Positions 37,390 through 47,748 of a stretch of 64,000 nt of DNA are shown here, piece by piece (the stretch's first letter is position 1; each line of letters begins with the position of its first letter). The position numbers and the translations under genes are program-made. The stretch covers positions 80,052 through 144,051 of the forward strand of contig VGJO01000001.1 in assembly GCA_016867415.1 (NCBI GenBank). Direction: 5' to 3'. Under the pieces are notes generated by a model. That model was not told the origin of the DNA, did no database searches, and saw only the letters and a list, made by a program, of their open reading frames with translations. This DNA comes from Candidatus Harrisonbacteria bacterium (lineage in GTDB: Bacteria; Patescibacteriota; Minisyncoccia; UBA6257; UBA11618).

Positions 37390-39531
37390 ATGCTCTCTAA
37401 AACAATAAAAATTCTTCTATTTCTGACCGCTCTCACTCCTCTTATCTGGTCTTCGTATTTTATTTTTCCTTACGTTTCGGCAAAGATGTTCTTTTTTCGG
37501 GGACTTATCGAGATCGCTACTCTTCTCGCTCTTATTCAAAGCATAAGTGATGAAAATCTGCGCCAAAAAGCAAAAAAGATTTTTCGCAATCCACTCTTTC
37601 TTTCCCTGTTATCCTTTCTCATTATTAGCGGAATTGCGAGCATCTTTTCGGTAAATCCTTCCATTGCTTTTTTTGGTAATCTAGAACGTGGCGAGGGTTT
37701 TATTAGTCTGGTCCACTACCTCATCTTTTTCTTTCTCCTCTGCGTATTTTTCGAAGATCGTGATTTTCTTGGATTTCTTATTAGTTCCTTCTGGGTTGGC
37801 ATCGGTGTGACGTTTTTAGGCTTTTTTCAAAGATTAGGTCTGGATAACCTTCCGTTTGTCCCGCCGTATAAACCTGATTTTGATTCCACTTTAGGGAATA
37901 GAGCTTATGTAGCGGGTTATAGTCTTTTCCTTATCGGTTCTTCTCTTTTCTTATTTTTAGAAAAGAATACTCGCTCTTTCATGAGATATTGGTACGGCGG
38001 GGGAATTATTCTATTCTCTATTCTTCTCTTACTTACTAATAATAGAGGTTCTCTCGTCGCTCTTTTTGTATCTCTTCTTATTACTTTAGGTATTATTGCT
38101 TTTCATTCCTCTTCCCTTGTCGCCCGACGGGCGAAAATTGCTGGTATCTGTCTTGTTCTTTTTGGACTTTGTTTTTTTATTACTCGTTCTTTTCCGATAT
38201 GGCAGTACATTCCCGGACTTTCTCGTGTGGCTAATATTAGTCTCTCAGATGCTACGATGCGCACTCGCTACCTTTCTCTCATCTCTTCTCTCAATGCTTT
38301 TAAAGAGAAGCCATTATTAGGTTGGGGGAATGATCATTTCATCACTGCTTATAATAAATATTACGAACCAAGCTATGCCAGGTTTGAAAATTCCTGGTTT
38401 GATCGCGCTCATAATAAACTCGCCGAGATATTGGTAGAAACCGGCCTTATTGGTCTTCTCGCCTACTTAAGCATTTTTCTCTTTGTTTTTCTTTTTCTTC
38501 GGAAAGAAGGATTACGCAAAGAAACATTAATACTAGGAAGTATTTTTATTGCTTATTTTTTGCAAAATCTTTTTCTTTTTGATCACCCGACAAGTTATCT
38601 TCTTTTCTACTTCTTTCTTGCGTTTCTCATTATTCGAAGTAAAGAAGAAGTAAAAAATATTCCTTCCTCTCAACCTCTCTCATTCTCTTTTATTCCCCTT
38701 GGAGGCCTTGTAATATATCTCCCCCTTCTTCTCTACTGTTTTACATATCTTGAGGCAAAGCCGATCAAAGCTGCCTATGCCGCAAACATGCTTTCCCAAA
38801 AAGACTCTCTTTGGAATGAAAAGCCGGAGTTAATAAATATGGTAATAACTGGCTCTAGTTTTTCTAAAATAGATACGCATCGCTTTCTTATGGGCTTTAT
38901 AAATAGCCGAGGTTTGTTTATGAATAAAGCTTGGCAATCTAAACTTTTCCCATTTCTCCATTCATATGAGGGTTTAGTAATAGATAATAAGTACGACCCC
39001 CGAATAAATATTAGTCTCTCCGATGCCTATGAAGACCTGGGAGAAAAAGATCCCGGCTTTCTTGATAAAAAGCTCCAGGTTTTGGAATCAGCTCTCCCAC
39101 TTGCCCCGCGTCGCCAAGATCTTTTTTATGAGCTCGCTTTTGCTCATTCTCTAAAAAAAGAAAACGAAAAAGCGATAGAGATTGCCCGCTCCGCCATCGC
39201 ACTTGATCCCGAAGTCGCCCGCGCTCACTATGTGTTAAGCGCCATTCTTTATCTTGCGAAGGCTGATAAAGAAGAGAGTATCAGGGAGCTTGCACTTACT
39301 TTCGAGTACCCTGGCGCTTTCTTAAGTAGCCAGGACCAAGAAAATATAAAAAACATTCTCATCACCTACCTTGCTAATTCGGTAAAGAGTCGAGATGAAA
39401 AAGGTGTGACAAGCACGGCAACTCTCCTAAAAAAAGTCATCCCGGAAAAAATAGGAGAGTTCGATCAAATCATCGCTCTTGGCAAAGCTCATAACTGGTA
39501 CGCCCTGGAATATGGCCTTGATATCAAGTGA
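37390..39531 (+). CDS. O-antigen ligase-like membrane protein with TPR C-terminus
   Basis: FFGNLERGEG, STLGNRAYVAGY, EKPLLGWG, WFDRAHNKLAE; TPR-like KAIEIARSAIALDP. Confidence 0.85.
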   Translation: MLSKTIKILLFLTALTPLIWSSYFIFPYVSAKMFFFRGLIEIATLLALIQSISDENLRQKAKKIFRNPLFLSLLSFLIISGIASIFSVNPSIAFFGNLERGEGFISLVHYLIFFFLLCVFFEDRDFLGFLISSFWVGIGVTFLGFFQRLGLDNLPFVPPYKPDFDSTLGNRAYVAGYSLFLIGSSLFLFLEKNTRSFMRYWYGGGIILFSILLLLTNNRGSLVALFVSLLITLGIIAFHSSSLVARRAKIAGICLVLFGLCFFITRSFPIWQYIPGLSRVANISLSDATMRTRYLSLISSLNAFKEKPLLGWGNDHFITAYNKYYEPSYARFENSWFDRAHNKLAEILVETGLIGLLAYLSIFLFVFLFLRKEGLRKETLILGSIFIAYFLQNLFLFDHPTSYLLFYFFLAFLIIRSKEEVKNIPSSQPLSFSFIPLGGLVIYLPLLLYCFTYLEAKPIKAAYAANMLSQKDSLWNEKPELINMVITGSSFSKIDTHRFLMGFINSRGLFMNKAWQSKLFPFLHSYEGLVIDNKYDPRINISLSDAYEDLGEKDPGFLDKKLQVLESALPLAPRRQDLFYELAFAHSLKKENEKAIEIARSAIALDPEVARAHYVLSAILYLAKADKEESIRELALTFEYPGAFLSSQDQENIKNILITYLANSVKSRDEKGVTSTATLLKKVIPEKIGEFDQIIALGKAHNWYALEYGLDIK

Positions 39532-39534
39532 GTT

Positions 39535-39562
39535 GGCATTCCAGTCTTGACTTGGAATCCAG
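39535..39562 (+). repeat. Short REP-like palindrome
   Basis: GGCATTCCAGTCTTGACTTGGAATCCAG just after a stop codon. Confidence 0.6.
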
Positions 39563-39608
39563 TTCTCTGCCGCCCACGGCGGCAGTATAAATTATTATCC
39601 TATTTTTT

Positions 39609-40754
39609 ATGGAATCTTCAGTTAAAAAAATACTAATTGCCTCAGGTATTTTTTCGCCTGAAATTGGAGGTCCCGCTACCTTCTCAAAAATCATTCTCAA
39701 TGAATATCAAAAAAGTGAGAAAATAGATCCAATTGTTCTCTCCTACTTCCTTCCTCATCATGCATCCCAAGATTCGCGTGTTTTTAGTGTTTCCAAATCT
39801 TTGCCAAAAGGCCTTCGCCATCTCATCTATTTTTACAAATGCTTATTTCTCTCTCGAAGGCGAAAACTAGTCCTTGCCCTCGATCCAGTCTCTGCCGGCT
39901 TACCCGCCCTTCTCTCCTCTTTCTTTATGGGAAATAAGTTTCTCGTTCGCATCGCCGGTGACTATGCCTGGGAAGAAGGCTCTCGTCGCTTTGGCGTGAC
40001 AGATACGCTCGATGATTTTCAAAAAAAATCCTATGGCCTTCGAGTCGAGTGGCTCCGCTCCGTCCAGAAATATGTGGCCAAGAAAGCTGAGAAAATAATC
40101 GTTCCCAGTGAGTATCTAAAAAAAATACTAGTGACCGGATGGGGGATAGGGCCGGAAAAAATCATCATAATCTACAACGCTGTTGATTTTCCTGATGCGC
40201 CCGTAGAAAAATCCCTTTCCGTTTCTCCTGCCTTCTCTCTTTTTTCTGCCGGTCGCCTTGTCTCCTGGAAGGGTTTCGACAGCTTATTAGATCTTATGCA
40301 TGAACTCCCCTCGACTATCACACTCGCGATCGCCGGCGATGGGCCGGAAGAACAATCTTTAAGAAAAAAAATAATTGATCTAGATCTTACCTCTCGGATC
40401 ACTCTCCTCGGCCGCCTAGAGAAAAAAGACTTAGTAAATAGATTAAAAGCCGCTGATCTCTTTATTTTGAATACTAAGTATGAAGGCTTTTCTCACCAAA
40501 TTCTCGAGAGTCTTGCCCTCGGCGTCCCGGTAATTACTACAAATATCGGTGGCAATCCCGAGCTTGTAAAAGAGGGTGAAAATGGTTTTCTCGTCGCGCC
40601 CGATGATATGCTTGGCTTTAAAAAAGCTATAGAAAAAATAAGCACTGATAAGTCTCTCTACGCTCACCTTAGCAAGAATGCTTTGCAAGTCCGCCACCTT
40701 TTCTCAAAAAATCGCCTCATTACTGATTTTGAAAATTTGATAAAAAACATATGA
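39609..40754 (+). CDS. Glycosyltransferase family 4
   Basis: PEIGGPATF, AGRLVSWKG, YEGFSHQILES. Confidence 0.92.
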   Translation: MESSVKKILIASGIFSPEIGGPATFSKIILNEYQKSEKIDPIVLSYFLPHHASQDSRVFSVSKSLPKGLRHLIYFYKCLFLSRRRKLVLALDPVSAGLPALLSSFFMGNKFLVRIAGDYAWEEGSRRFGVTDTLDDFQKKSYGLRVEWLRSVQKYVAKKAEKIIVPSEYLKKILVTGWGIGPEKIIIIYNAVDFPDAPVEKSLSVSPAFSLFSAGRLVSWKGFDSLLDLMHELPSTITLAIAGDGPEEQSLRKKIIDLDLTSRITLLGRLEKKDLVNRLKAADLFILNTKYEGFSHQILESLALGVPVITTNIGGNPELVKEGENGFLVAPDDMLGFKKAIEKISTDKSLYAHLSKNALQVRHLFSKNRLITDFENLIKNI

Positions 40755-41890
40755 AAGTTCTAATGATATCAATTGACAAGGGGATTTTAGATCGAAATAC
40801 TCCAGCGGGAAAAAGAATGAAAGAATATTCCGAGCTTTTCGACGAGCTTGTGATTATTGTTTTTGCAAAAAAAGGAAAAGGGAGTGGTTACGAAAATGGC
40901 AGGCTAAAAGTTTTTTCTTCTGATTCTCTTTCTAAAGTTTTTTATTTCTGGGACGCTTGGAAAATAATCCGTCGCCTGCGAATAAATAAAGATTGGGTTA
41001 TCACCTCCCAAGACCCCTACGAGACCGGTCTCTTCGCGCTCCTTGTGAAGTGGTGGTATAAGGTTCCGCTTGAGATGCAGATCCACGTCGATATCTTCTC
41101 TCCGTATTTCAAACATTTGAGTTTTCGCAACCGATTTCGCGCCTGGCTTGCAAAGCAGACCCTTCCGTTTGCTACTCGCGTCCGCGCCGTCGCCTCTCGG
41201 GTCAAGCAATCAATTATCGATCAAAAGCTTCTCCTGCCAGAAAAAATCACCGTCATTCCCGTCCCGACTAATAACGAAGAGATACGAAAAAAATCCTCCG
41301 CCTTTTCCCTCAAAGAAAAATACCCAGGGTTCGCGCATTACTTTCTCATCGTCTCCCGCCTCGCTCCCGAAAAAAACATCCCGCTTGCGATTGAGGCCTT
41401 TGCCGAAGTCATCCAAAAATATCCCGAAGCCTTTCTTCTCATTGTTGGCAAAGGAAGTGAGGAGAATTCTTTAAAAAAGTTAGTTTTTCGCTTGAAATTG
41501 GAAAAAAACATTTGCTTTGAGTCCTGGACCTCTGATCCTTTTTCCTACATGAAGACCGCCGACATTTTCCTTCTCCCTTCCCTCTACGAAGGCTGGGGCC
41601 TCTCTGCCATTGAGTCTCTCGCCTGCGGCCTCCCTATCATTATGACCGACGTCGGCTGTGCTGGTGAGGTAGTGCGAGATGGCAAAAATGGCCTCATTGT
41701 TCCGGTGGCGGACAAAATAGCTCTCCAAAAAGCTATGGAAAAAGTAATAAAAGATTCCTCCCTCCTTTCCTCCCTCAAAGCCGGCACTCATGCCACTGAT
41801 TTTTCTCGTATAGAGAAGCCAGAGATTCTAAAAGCCCTGAAAGAAAATCTGGAGAAAACCGCCGCCTCTTTCCTCTTCCATAAATCATAA
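40751..41890 (+). CDS. Glycosyltransferase family 4
   Basis: VSRLAPEKN, PSLYEGWGLSAIES. Confidence 0.92.
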   Translation: MKVLMISIDKGILDRNTPAGKRMKEYSELFDELVIIVFAKKGKGSGYENGRLKVFSSDSLSKVFYFWDAWKIIRRLRINKDWVITSQDPYETGLFALLVKWWYKVPLEMQIHVDIFSPYFKHLSFRNRFRAWLAKQTLPFATRVRAVASRVKQSIIDQKLLLPEKITVIPVPTNNEEIRKKSSAFSLKEKYPGFAHYFLIVSRLAPEKNIPLAIEAFAEVIQKYPEAFLLIVGKGSEENSLKKLVFRLKLEKNICFESWTSDPFSYMKTADIFLLPSLYEGWGLSAIESLACGLPIIMTDVGCAGEVVRDGKNGLIVPVADKIALQKAMEKVIKDSSLLSSLKAGTHATDFSRIEKPEILKALKENLEKTAASFLFHKS

Positions 41891-41912
41891 AAAAATTGTA
41901 TAATATGGAGAA

Positions 41913-44021
41913 ATGCGCGTTCTCGTCTTTTCTACCGATGATTTTCTTCCTCCCGCTGGTGGCGCCGAGCTTGCTTTAGGTGAGATTATCCGCCATCTTC
42001 CCGAAGTTCAGTTTGAAGTCATCTCTGCCAAAATCCACCGAGGTCCTCGCCCCACAAATATCCCAAAAAACGTCACTATCCGTCACATTGGCTGGGGATT
42101 TTGGCCTCTCCTCGACAAACTTCTACTCGTTCTTTTAGGGCCCTCTATAGCCTATAAAAGCCATAAGAAAGCCCCTTTTGATCTAGTCTGGTCCATGATG
42201 GCCTCCTATAGTGCTTTTGCTGCCCGAATCTTCAAAAAGAAGGCTAAAACCCCCTATCTTCTCACCCTGCAGGAGGGAGATCCGATTACTCGGCCCCTAT
42301 ACCGCATTTTGAAGCGCTTAGGGCTCTTTGGACCGCTTTTTTCCGATGCCAACGCCCTCCAACCTATCTCTCATTTTCTCTCTCGCTGGGGTCATTTTAT
42401 GGGCTTTAAAGGGCCTGTAGAGGCTATCATTCCCAATGGCGTTGATACTGATCATTTTTCGAGAGAAATCTCCGCCGCCGAGCGGGAGAAGCACCGCTCC
42501 TCTTTTGGTTTTCCTCCTGATGCCCTCATTCTCATTTCCGTCTCCCGCTTTGTCGCCAAAAATGGCCTTGCGGACATCATTCGCGCTCTCCCTCTTCTTC
42601 CCGAAAAAGTTTGTCTTGTTCTCTGCGGTTTTGGTGATCTAGATCAATCACTCCGCGATCTTGTCGCGCGTCTAGATCTTGAGCATCGTGTTCACTTTTT
42701 TGGTTCTTGTTCTCACACTCATCTTCCCGCCGTCCTTTCCGCCACCGATATCTTCATTCGCCCGTCTTTGAGTGAAGGGCTAGGTAATTCTTTTCTCGAA
42801 GCCATGGCCTGCAGCCTGCCAGTAATTGGCACTAAAGTAGGTGGCATCCCGGATTTTCTTGAGGATGGAAAGACTGGTTTTTTTTGTCTTCCCGAAAATC
42901 CCGAAAGCATAAAAGACACAGTACTAAAAATAATAAACTCCAATCCTGCTCGTCTTACCGAAATAAAAAAATCCGCCAAAGATTTGGTTATCAAAAAATA
43001 CAATTGGCGCTTGATAAGCAGTGGGATGAAGAATCTTTTCGAAAAGACGCAAGCGATTACCCCTCTCTGTCTAGAAAAACCTCTCTTCATCCTCTCGCTC
43101 GACGTCGAGCTTGCCTGGGGTATGAAGGGTTCAAAAAGATTTTTCCACCAATACGAAAAAAAGCGGGAAGTAGTCGATAAGCTTCTACAGCTTTTTGAAA
43201 AGTACGACATCCCCGCCACCTGGGCGGTGGTTGGGCATCTCTTTCTTGATAGCTGCGCCCCCGTCTCGGGCGTGAAGCATCCAGAAATTATTCGACCAAA
43301 AAAAGAGGGTACGAATGACTGGTTTGAAATTGATCCCTGTACCTCTATTACCACTCACCCTTTTTGGTATGGCAAAGATATTGTGGGAAAAATCATTAAG
43401 TCAGAAAAGCAAGAGCTCGCCTGCCATACCTTCTCGCATGTATACATGGATTTCCCCTCTCTTACCAAAGACTGGTTTGAAAGTGAATTAGCGGAATGTC
43501 AGCGGCTTGCCAAAGATCATGGCCGATCTCTAACTTCTTTTATCTTTCCGCAAAACAAAATCCGTTTTGTAGATAGTCTCGCCCCCCATGGCTTCACCGC
43601 TTACCGCGCTCCTGATGACAATTGGTATAGTTCTTTAAGAGGACTCCTGAAGCGTATCGCTCATGTGATTGATGATTATTTGTGCTTGCCTGTTCGTTCC
43701 GTCCTCCCTTATAAAGACAATGATCTCATCGCCATCCCCGGCAGTTATTTCTACGTCCATAAAGTCGGCTGGGCGCGTTTTCTCCCCGTCTCCTTTCGAG
43801 TAAAAAAAGCCAAGTGGGGGATAGATGATGCAATAGAGACCGGTAAAATATTTCACCTCTGGACTCACCCTTTTAATCTCACGGATAAAGATGGTAAGCT
43901 CCTTGCCGGTCTCGAAGAAATCCTGCGCTACGTCGCCGAAAAAAGACGACAAGGAAAAATCTCTATTACCTCTATGAACAAAGTTAATAATTTTTTAAAA
44001 AATAATGAAAACTCTAAGTAG
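41913..44021 (+). CDS. Fusion of GT4 glycosyltransferase and polysaccharide-deacetylase-like domain
   Basis: N-half PSLSEGLGNSFLEA; C-half LSLDVELAWG, PATWAVVGHL, ELACHTFSH, FHLWTHPFN. Confidence 0.85.
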   Translation: MRVLVFSTDDFLPPAGGAELALGEIIRHLPEVQFEVISAKIHRGPRPTNIPKNVTIRHIGWGFWPLLDKLLLVLLGPSIAYKSHKKAPFDLVWSMMASYSAFAARIFKKKAKTPYLLTLQEGDPITRPLYRILKRLGLFGPLFSDANALQPISHFLSRWGHFMGFKGPVEAIIPNGVDTDHFSREISAAEREKHRSSFGFPPDALILISVSRFVAKNGLADIIRALPLLPEKVCLVLCGFGDLDQSLRDLVARLDLEHRVHFFGSCSHTHLPAVLSATDIFIRPSLSEGLGNSFLEAMACSLPVIGTKVGGIPDFLEDGKTGFFCLPENPESIKDTVLKIINSNPARLTEIKKSAKDLVIKKYNWRLISSGMKNLFEKTQAITPLCLEKPLFILSLDVELAWGMKGSKRFFHQYEKKREVVDKLLQLFEKYDIPATWAVVGHLFLDSCAPVSGVKHPEIIRPKKEGTNDWFEIDPCTSITTHPFWYGKDIVGKIIKSEKQELACHTFSHVYMDFPSLTKDWFESELAECQRLAKDHGRSLTSFIFPQNKIRFVDSLAPHGFTAYRAPDDNWYSSLRGLLKRIAHVIDDYLCLPVRSVLPYKDNDLIAIPGSYFYVHKVGWARFLPVSFRVKKAKWGIDDAIETGKIFHLWTHPFNLTDKDGKLLAGLEEILRYVAEKRRQGKISITSMNKVNNFLKNNENSK

Positions 44022-44027
44022 TGCAAA

Positions 44028-44148
44028 GCGAAGTAATTTTGGATGGAGTTTGCGATTTCTTTTCGAGGACAAGCCCGGAGCATACTGGGCTCAAGTATGT
44101 GAGGACTTACCGGAGAAAAAAATCGCAAAATTCGCCAAAAGTACGAGC
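44028..44148 (+). repeat. Long-hairpin repeat family copy (near-identical to 47749-47870)
   Basis: GCGAAGTAATTTTGGATGGAGTTTGCGATTTCTTTTCGAGGACAAGCCCGGAGCATAC-loop-GTATGTGAGGACTTACCGGAGAAAAAAATCGCAAAATTCGCCAAAAGTACGAGC. Confidence 0.95.
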
Positions 44149-44159
44149 ATAAATAATAT

Positions 44160-45320
44160 ATGACTTGTCTAATTCTCGACGCTCATCTTCATAGCGCTCT
44201 TTCTACCGTTCGATCTTTGGGTAAAAAAAATAGTAAGATTTTTTCTGCTTCTGACACCCGGCTCGCCCCCAGCTTTTTTTCCCGCTACTCAGTAAAAAAT
44301 TTTCTCTACCCTTCTCCTCTCAAAGATGAATCTGCTTTTATAAAAAAAATAACTTCCATTCTAGAAAGTCTTAAGGACGATTGTCTTATATATATTTTCA
44401 GCGAGACTACTCTTTTGCCTCTTTCCCGAAACAGGAATAAACTGCCAAAAAATACCCGTCTTATTCTCGGCTCTCTCGAAAATGTCGAGCTCGCCTCCGA
44501 CAAAGCCGCTACTCTCACTCTTGCGGCAGAAAATAATATCCCCATTCCCCAAACTTTCTTTCCCGGTTCTTTCGCTGAAGCTCAAAACTTTCTCTCCAAA
44601 ATTCCCTACCCCTGCATTGTGAAGCCTCGCCATAACTGCGTCTGGAAAGATGGTGCCTCTGTCTATGAGACCGCCCATCTTGTCGAGACGAAAGAAGAGG
44701 CGGAAAAAATCTGGCGGGAACTTTTTAATGCTTCCGGTGAACCGCCCCTTATTCAAGAAAGAGTAGTTGGTGAAGAGCGAGGAATCTTCACCTTCGCAGT
44801 AAAAGGGGAGGGCTTTGCTTGGTTTGCGCATAAGCGGCTTGAGTCTTTAAAGAAGTTAGGTGGCGCAAGTATCCTCCGAGAAAGCATAGAAGTAGATCCT
44901 AAGCTTAAAAGTTATTCTGAATTACTTATAAAAAAACTTGATTGGACCGGCCCTCTTATGATTGAGTGGAAGTGGGATGAAAATGCTAAGAGGTATCTCC
45001 TCATGGAGATCAATGCCCGTTTCTGGGGTTCTCTGCCGCTTGCTGTTGCCTCAGGGGTAGACTATCCCGCACTCATGCTTGATTTCGCAGTCGGACAATC
45101 GCTTCCTAATGAAGTTACTTATAAGATTAGTATCCGTTCCCGCCATTTCTTTGGCGCTCTAAGAAGTCTCCTTCGAGCAAAGACGTGGAGAGATTTTCAG
45201 AAGCTCTGGCAAATAATGTGGGGGGAAAAAACGATTGATGATGTTTTCTCTTTCTCCGATCCCCTCCCTTTTCTTGGAGAAGTTCTATTTATTGGTAAAA
45301 CATTTATATGGAAAAAATAA
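44160..45320 (+). CDS. ATP-grasp domain protein (glycan-associated amino-acid ligase-like)
   Basis: YPCIVKP, PLIQERVVG, LMEINARFWGSLPLA..SGVDYP. Confidence 0.85.
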   Translation: MTCLILDAHLHSALSTVRSLGKKNSKIFSASDTRLAPSFFSRYSVKNFLYPSPLKDESAFIKKITSILESLKDDCLIYIFSETTLLPLSRNRNKLPKNTRLILGSLENVELASDKAATLTLAAENNIPIPQTFFPGSFAEAQNFLSKIPYPCIVKPRHNCVWKDGASVYETAHLVETKEEAEKIWRELFNASGEPPLIQERVVGEERGIFTFAVKGEGFAWFAHKRLESLKKLGGASILRESIEVDPKLKSYSELLIKKLDWTGPLMIEWKWDENAKRYLLMEINARFWGSLPLAVASGVDYPALMLDFAVGQSLPNEVTYKISIRSRHFFGALRSLLRAKTWRDFQKLWQIMWGEKTIDDVFSFSDPLPFLGEVLFIGKTFIWKK

Positions 45321-46096
45321 TTGGCGTCGCTCACATCCACTCCCGCTTTTCCTATGATGGCAAGCTCTCTTTGCCTGAGCTAAAATCACTTTTTCAAAAA
45401 AACAATCTTCGCTTTGCTTTAGTCTCCGAGCACGAAGATGATTTTGATGAGAAAAAATGGATTGCTTTAGTAGAGGAGTGCCAAAAGCTAAGCGATGATA
45501 GTTTTCTTTTCATCCCTGGTCTGGAGATAAACTACGCTGGCGGTCACGTCCTCTGCTTTGGCCTCAATCAGCCAATCTCTTATATGAAAGGGATAGAGAC
45601 TTTAAAAGAAGCAAATAAAGCCGGCGCACTCATTGTGTTTGCGCACCCTCATCGCAGTAGATATAGAGTAGGGGAGGAGCTTCAGCAAATAATAAACGGC
45701 GTTGAAATCTGGAATTCGCACTATGATGGCAAATGGTCGCCTCGATTTCTTTCATATAAACTCTGGCAAAAAGTAAACAGAGAGGATAAAAAAATCTTCG
45801 CCTTTGCCGGCCTCGATTTTCATGATCTTCATCATCTCCACGGGCCACGACTAGAAGTAGCATCTTCTTTTTCGATAGAGGCAATTCTTAAAGCGCTTAT
45901 ATCGGGAAGCTTTGTGATTAAAAAAGATGAAAAAATAATCTCCGCTTTTCCCGATCTTAATATGTTTCCTCTTTTTATAAAAAGTTTCCTCTCTCTTTGC
46001 ATTCTCGGTGGTTATAAATTCGCTGGCAATATATTCTCCTTTTTCCCAAAAAGTTGGAAGAGAAAGATAAAACTATCCTTAAGAAAAAATCTTTAA
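45308..46096 (+). CDS. PHP-domain metal-dependent phosphoesterase-like protein
   Basis: HIHSRFSYDG, SEH, PGLE, GHVL, AHP, GVEIWN, GLDFH. Confidence 0.8.
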   Translation: MEKIIGVAHIHSRFSYDGKLSLPELKSLFQKNNLRFALVSEHEDDFDEKKWIALVEECQKLSDDSFLFIPGLEINYAGGHVLCFGLNQPISYMKGIETLKEANKAGALIVFAHPHRSRYRVGEELQQIINGVEIWNSHYDGKWSPRFLSYKLWQKVNREDKKIFAFAGLDFHDLHHLHGPRLEVASSFSIEAILKALISGSFVIKKDEKIISAFPDLNMFPLFIKSFLSLCILGGYKFAGNIFSFFPKSWKRKIKLSLRKNL

Positions 46097-46100
46097 AAGA

Positions 46101-46958
46101 ATGAATGCAAAACAAAAAAGCGTCCCCTACTTTATAGGCATCGGCGGTCAGCGCTGTGGCACTTCCTGGACCTATGCCTGCCTCTTCGAGCATCCTGAGA
46201 TCTGCGCTCCCGAAAAAGAAATTCACTTCTTCAGCCGTGATCAAAAATTTTCTCAAGGCTACGATTGGTATGAGTCTTTTTTTAAAAACTGTGGTGCTAA
46301 AAAAGCCGGAGAGTTTTCCACTTCCTATATTTCTGATCCTCGTGTCGCCGAGCGTATCGCCGCTCGTTACCCAGAGATAAAAATTATTGCCATCCTAAGA
46401 AACCCCGTCGATCGAGCAGTTTCTAACTATTTCAATGACCTCGCCTCCGGCAAAGTCGAGAAAAGCATCTCCTTCGATGAAGCGCTTCAAAATCACCCAG
46501 AGTACATTGATCAAGGGCTGTACGGAAAGCACCTAGAGCCTTTCTTCAAAGCTTTTTCAAAAAAACAGATCCTTATTCTCCGTTATGAAGATTCGCTAAC
46601 AAACCCCGAGGAGTTTATTCGATCCATCTATCAATTTTTAGAGGTCGATTCTTCATTCAAACCTTCCTATTTGAAAAAGAAGGTAAATGTGAGCCGCGTC
46701 CCGACTTTTGTGGGTCTTGATAACGCTTTCCTAAAAATATCTTCTTTCTTAAGAAAGAGTGGTCTCACCTCCCTCTGGTGGCTTATCAAAAAATCCGGCC
46801 TTCCCAGACTCATCCTTTGGGCAAACACTAGCGAGCAAAGAGGGGAAACGGAATCTCTTCGCCTAAAAAAAGAAACCAAAGAATATCTTCAGTCTATCTT
46901 CGCCTCCGACAAGCAAAAACTCACTTCCCTAACCGGCATAAATTTCCCCAACTGGTAA
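46101..46958 (+). CDS. Sulfotransferase domain protein
   Basis: IGGQRCGTSW (5'-PSB loop), KEIHFF, ILRNPVDRAVS (3'-PB). Confidence 0.9.
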   Translation: MNAKQKSVPYFIGIGGQRCGTSWTYACLFEHPEICAPEKEIHFFSRDQKFSQGYDWYESFFKNCGAKKAGEFSTSYISDPRVAERIAARYPEIKIIAILRNPVDRAVSNYFNDLASGKVEKSISFDEALQNHPEYIDQGLYGKHLEPFFKAFSKKQILILRYEDSLTNPEEFIRSIYQFLEVDSSFKPSYLKKKVNVSRVPTFVGLDNAFLKISSFLRKSGLTSLWWLIKKSGLPRLILWANTSEQRGETESLRLKKETKEYLQSIFASDKQKLTSLTGINFPNW

Positions 46959-46966
46959 AACGCATT

Positions 46967-46993
46967 GTCATTCCAGACTCGATCTGGAATCTA
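46967..46993 (+). repeat. Short REP-like palindrome
   Basis: GTCATTCCAGACTCGATCTGGAATCTA after a stop codon. Confidence 0.75.
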
Positions 46994-47019
46994 TAAAAAT
47001 ATTTACCTTATTTCTAAAA

Positions 47020-47715
47020 ATGACTCTCACTAATAAAAAAAGGATTCTCTGCTTCCATGACGTGCTTGATTCCGATATCTTCGAGTCTCGCCTTTTGCTT
47101 TGCAAAAAATTAGGCTTCCAGTTTATATCTCTGGCCAAACTTTTAGATAACAAGACTGCCGGTCCCGCTCTCGCCGTTACCTTTGATGACGGCTATCAAT
47201 CTGTGTATCAAAATGCTCTGCCTATTTTACGCAAACTTCACATCCCCGCCACTTTTTTCATAACCAATGATTTTATTGGCCTCAAGGAAGACGCTCTAAA
47301 AAGCTTTTTGAAAAATAATCTTCTCCGCTCTTCCTACCGTGAGCCCATGTCCTGGGAAGAAGTAGGAAAAATCGCTTCTGATCCTCTTTTTGAAATCGGC
47401 GCTCACACCGCCTCCCATCCCCGTTTGAATGATAAGTATCCGAAAGAATTAGCCGAAAAAGAAATAATCGAAGCCGGTGATAATCTCGAAAAAAAGATCA
47501 GTAAAAAAATCCGCTACTTCGCCTTCCCTTTCGGCGACAGTGATAGTGCTGGTAAAGCCGCTCGATCTCTCGTCCGCACTCGCTATGAGGCCGCCTTTTC
47601 TATTATTCCAGGAAAGATTAGCGGAAATGAAACTGATACGTCATTTCTTCCCCGTCACAGCCTCGACCCTGAAAGAAATATTCTAGTTTGGCTTTTTCAT
47701 TTATTATTTTTGTAA
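47020..47715 (+). CDS. Polysaccharide deacetylase (CE4)
   Basis: AVTFDDGY, PATFFI, EIGAHTASHP, FAFPFG. Confidence 0.92.
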   Translation: MTLTNKKRILCFHDVLDSDIFESRLLLCKKLGFQFISLAKLLDNKTAGPALAVTFDDGYQSVYQNALPILRKLHIPATFFITNDFIGLKEDALKSFLKNNLLRSSYREPMSWEEVGKIASDPLFEIGAHTASHPRLNDKYPKELAEKEIIEAGDNLEKKISKKIRYFAFPFGDSDSAGKAARSLVRTRYEAAFSIIPGKISGNETDTSFLPRHSLDPERNILVWLFHLLFL

Positions 47716-47748
47716 AAATATCATAAGTAGGTAATCGTCCTCAGTTCC

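Noticed and set aside
44028-44148. Long hairpins as known ribozymes, attC sites or ordinary terminators
   Set aside because: No hammerhead CTGA.GA/GAAA core, no RYYYAAC/GTTRRRY ends or integrase, no + strand T-tail, and separate terminators often lie alongside
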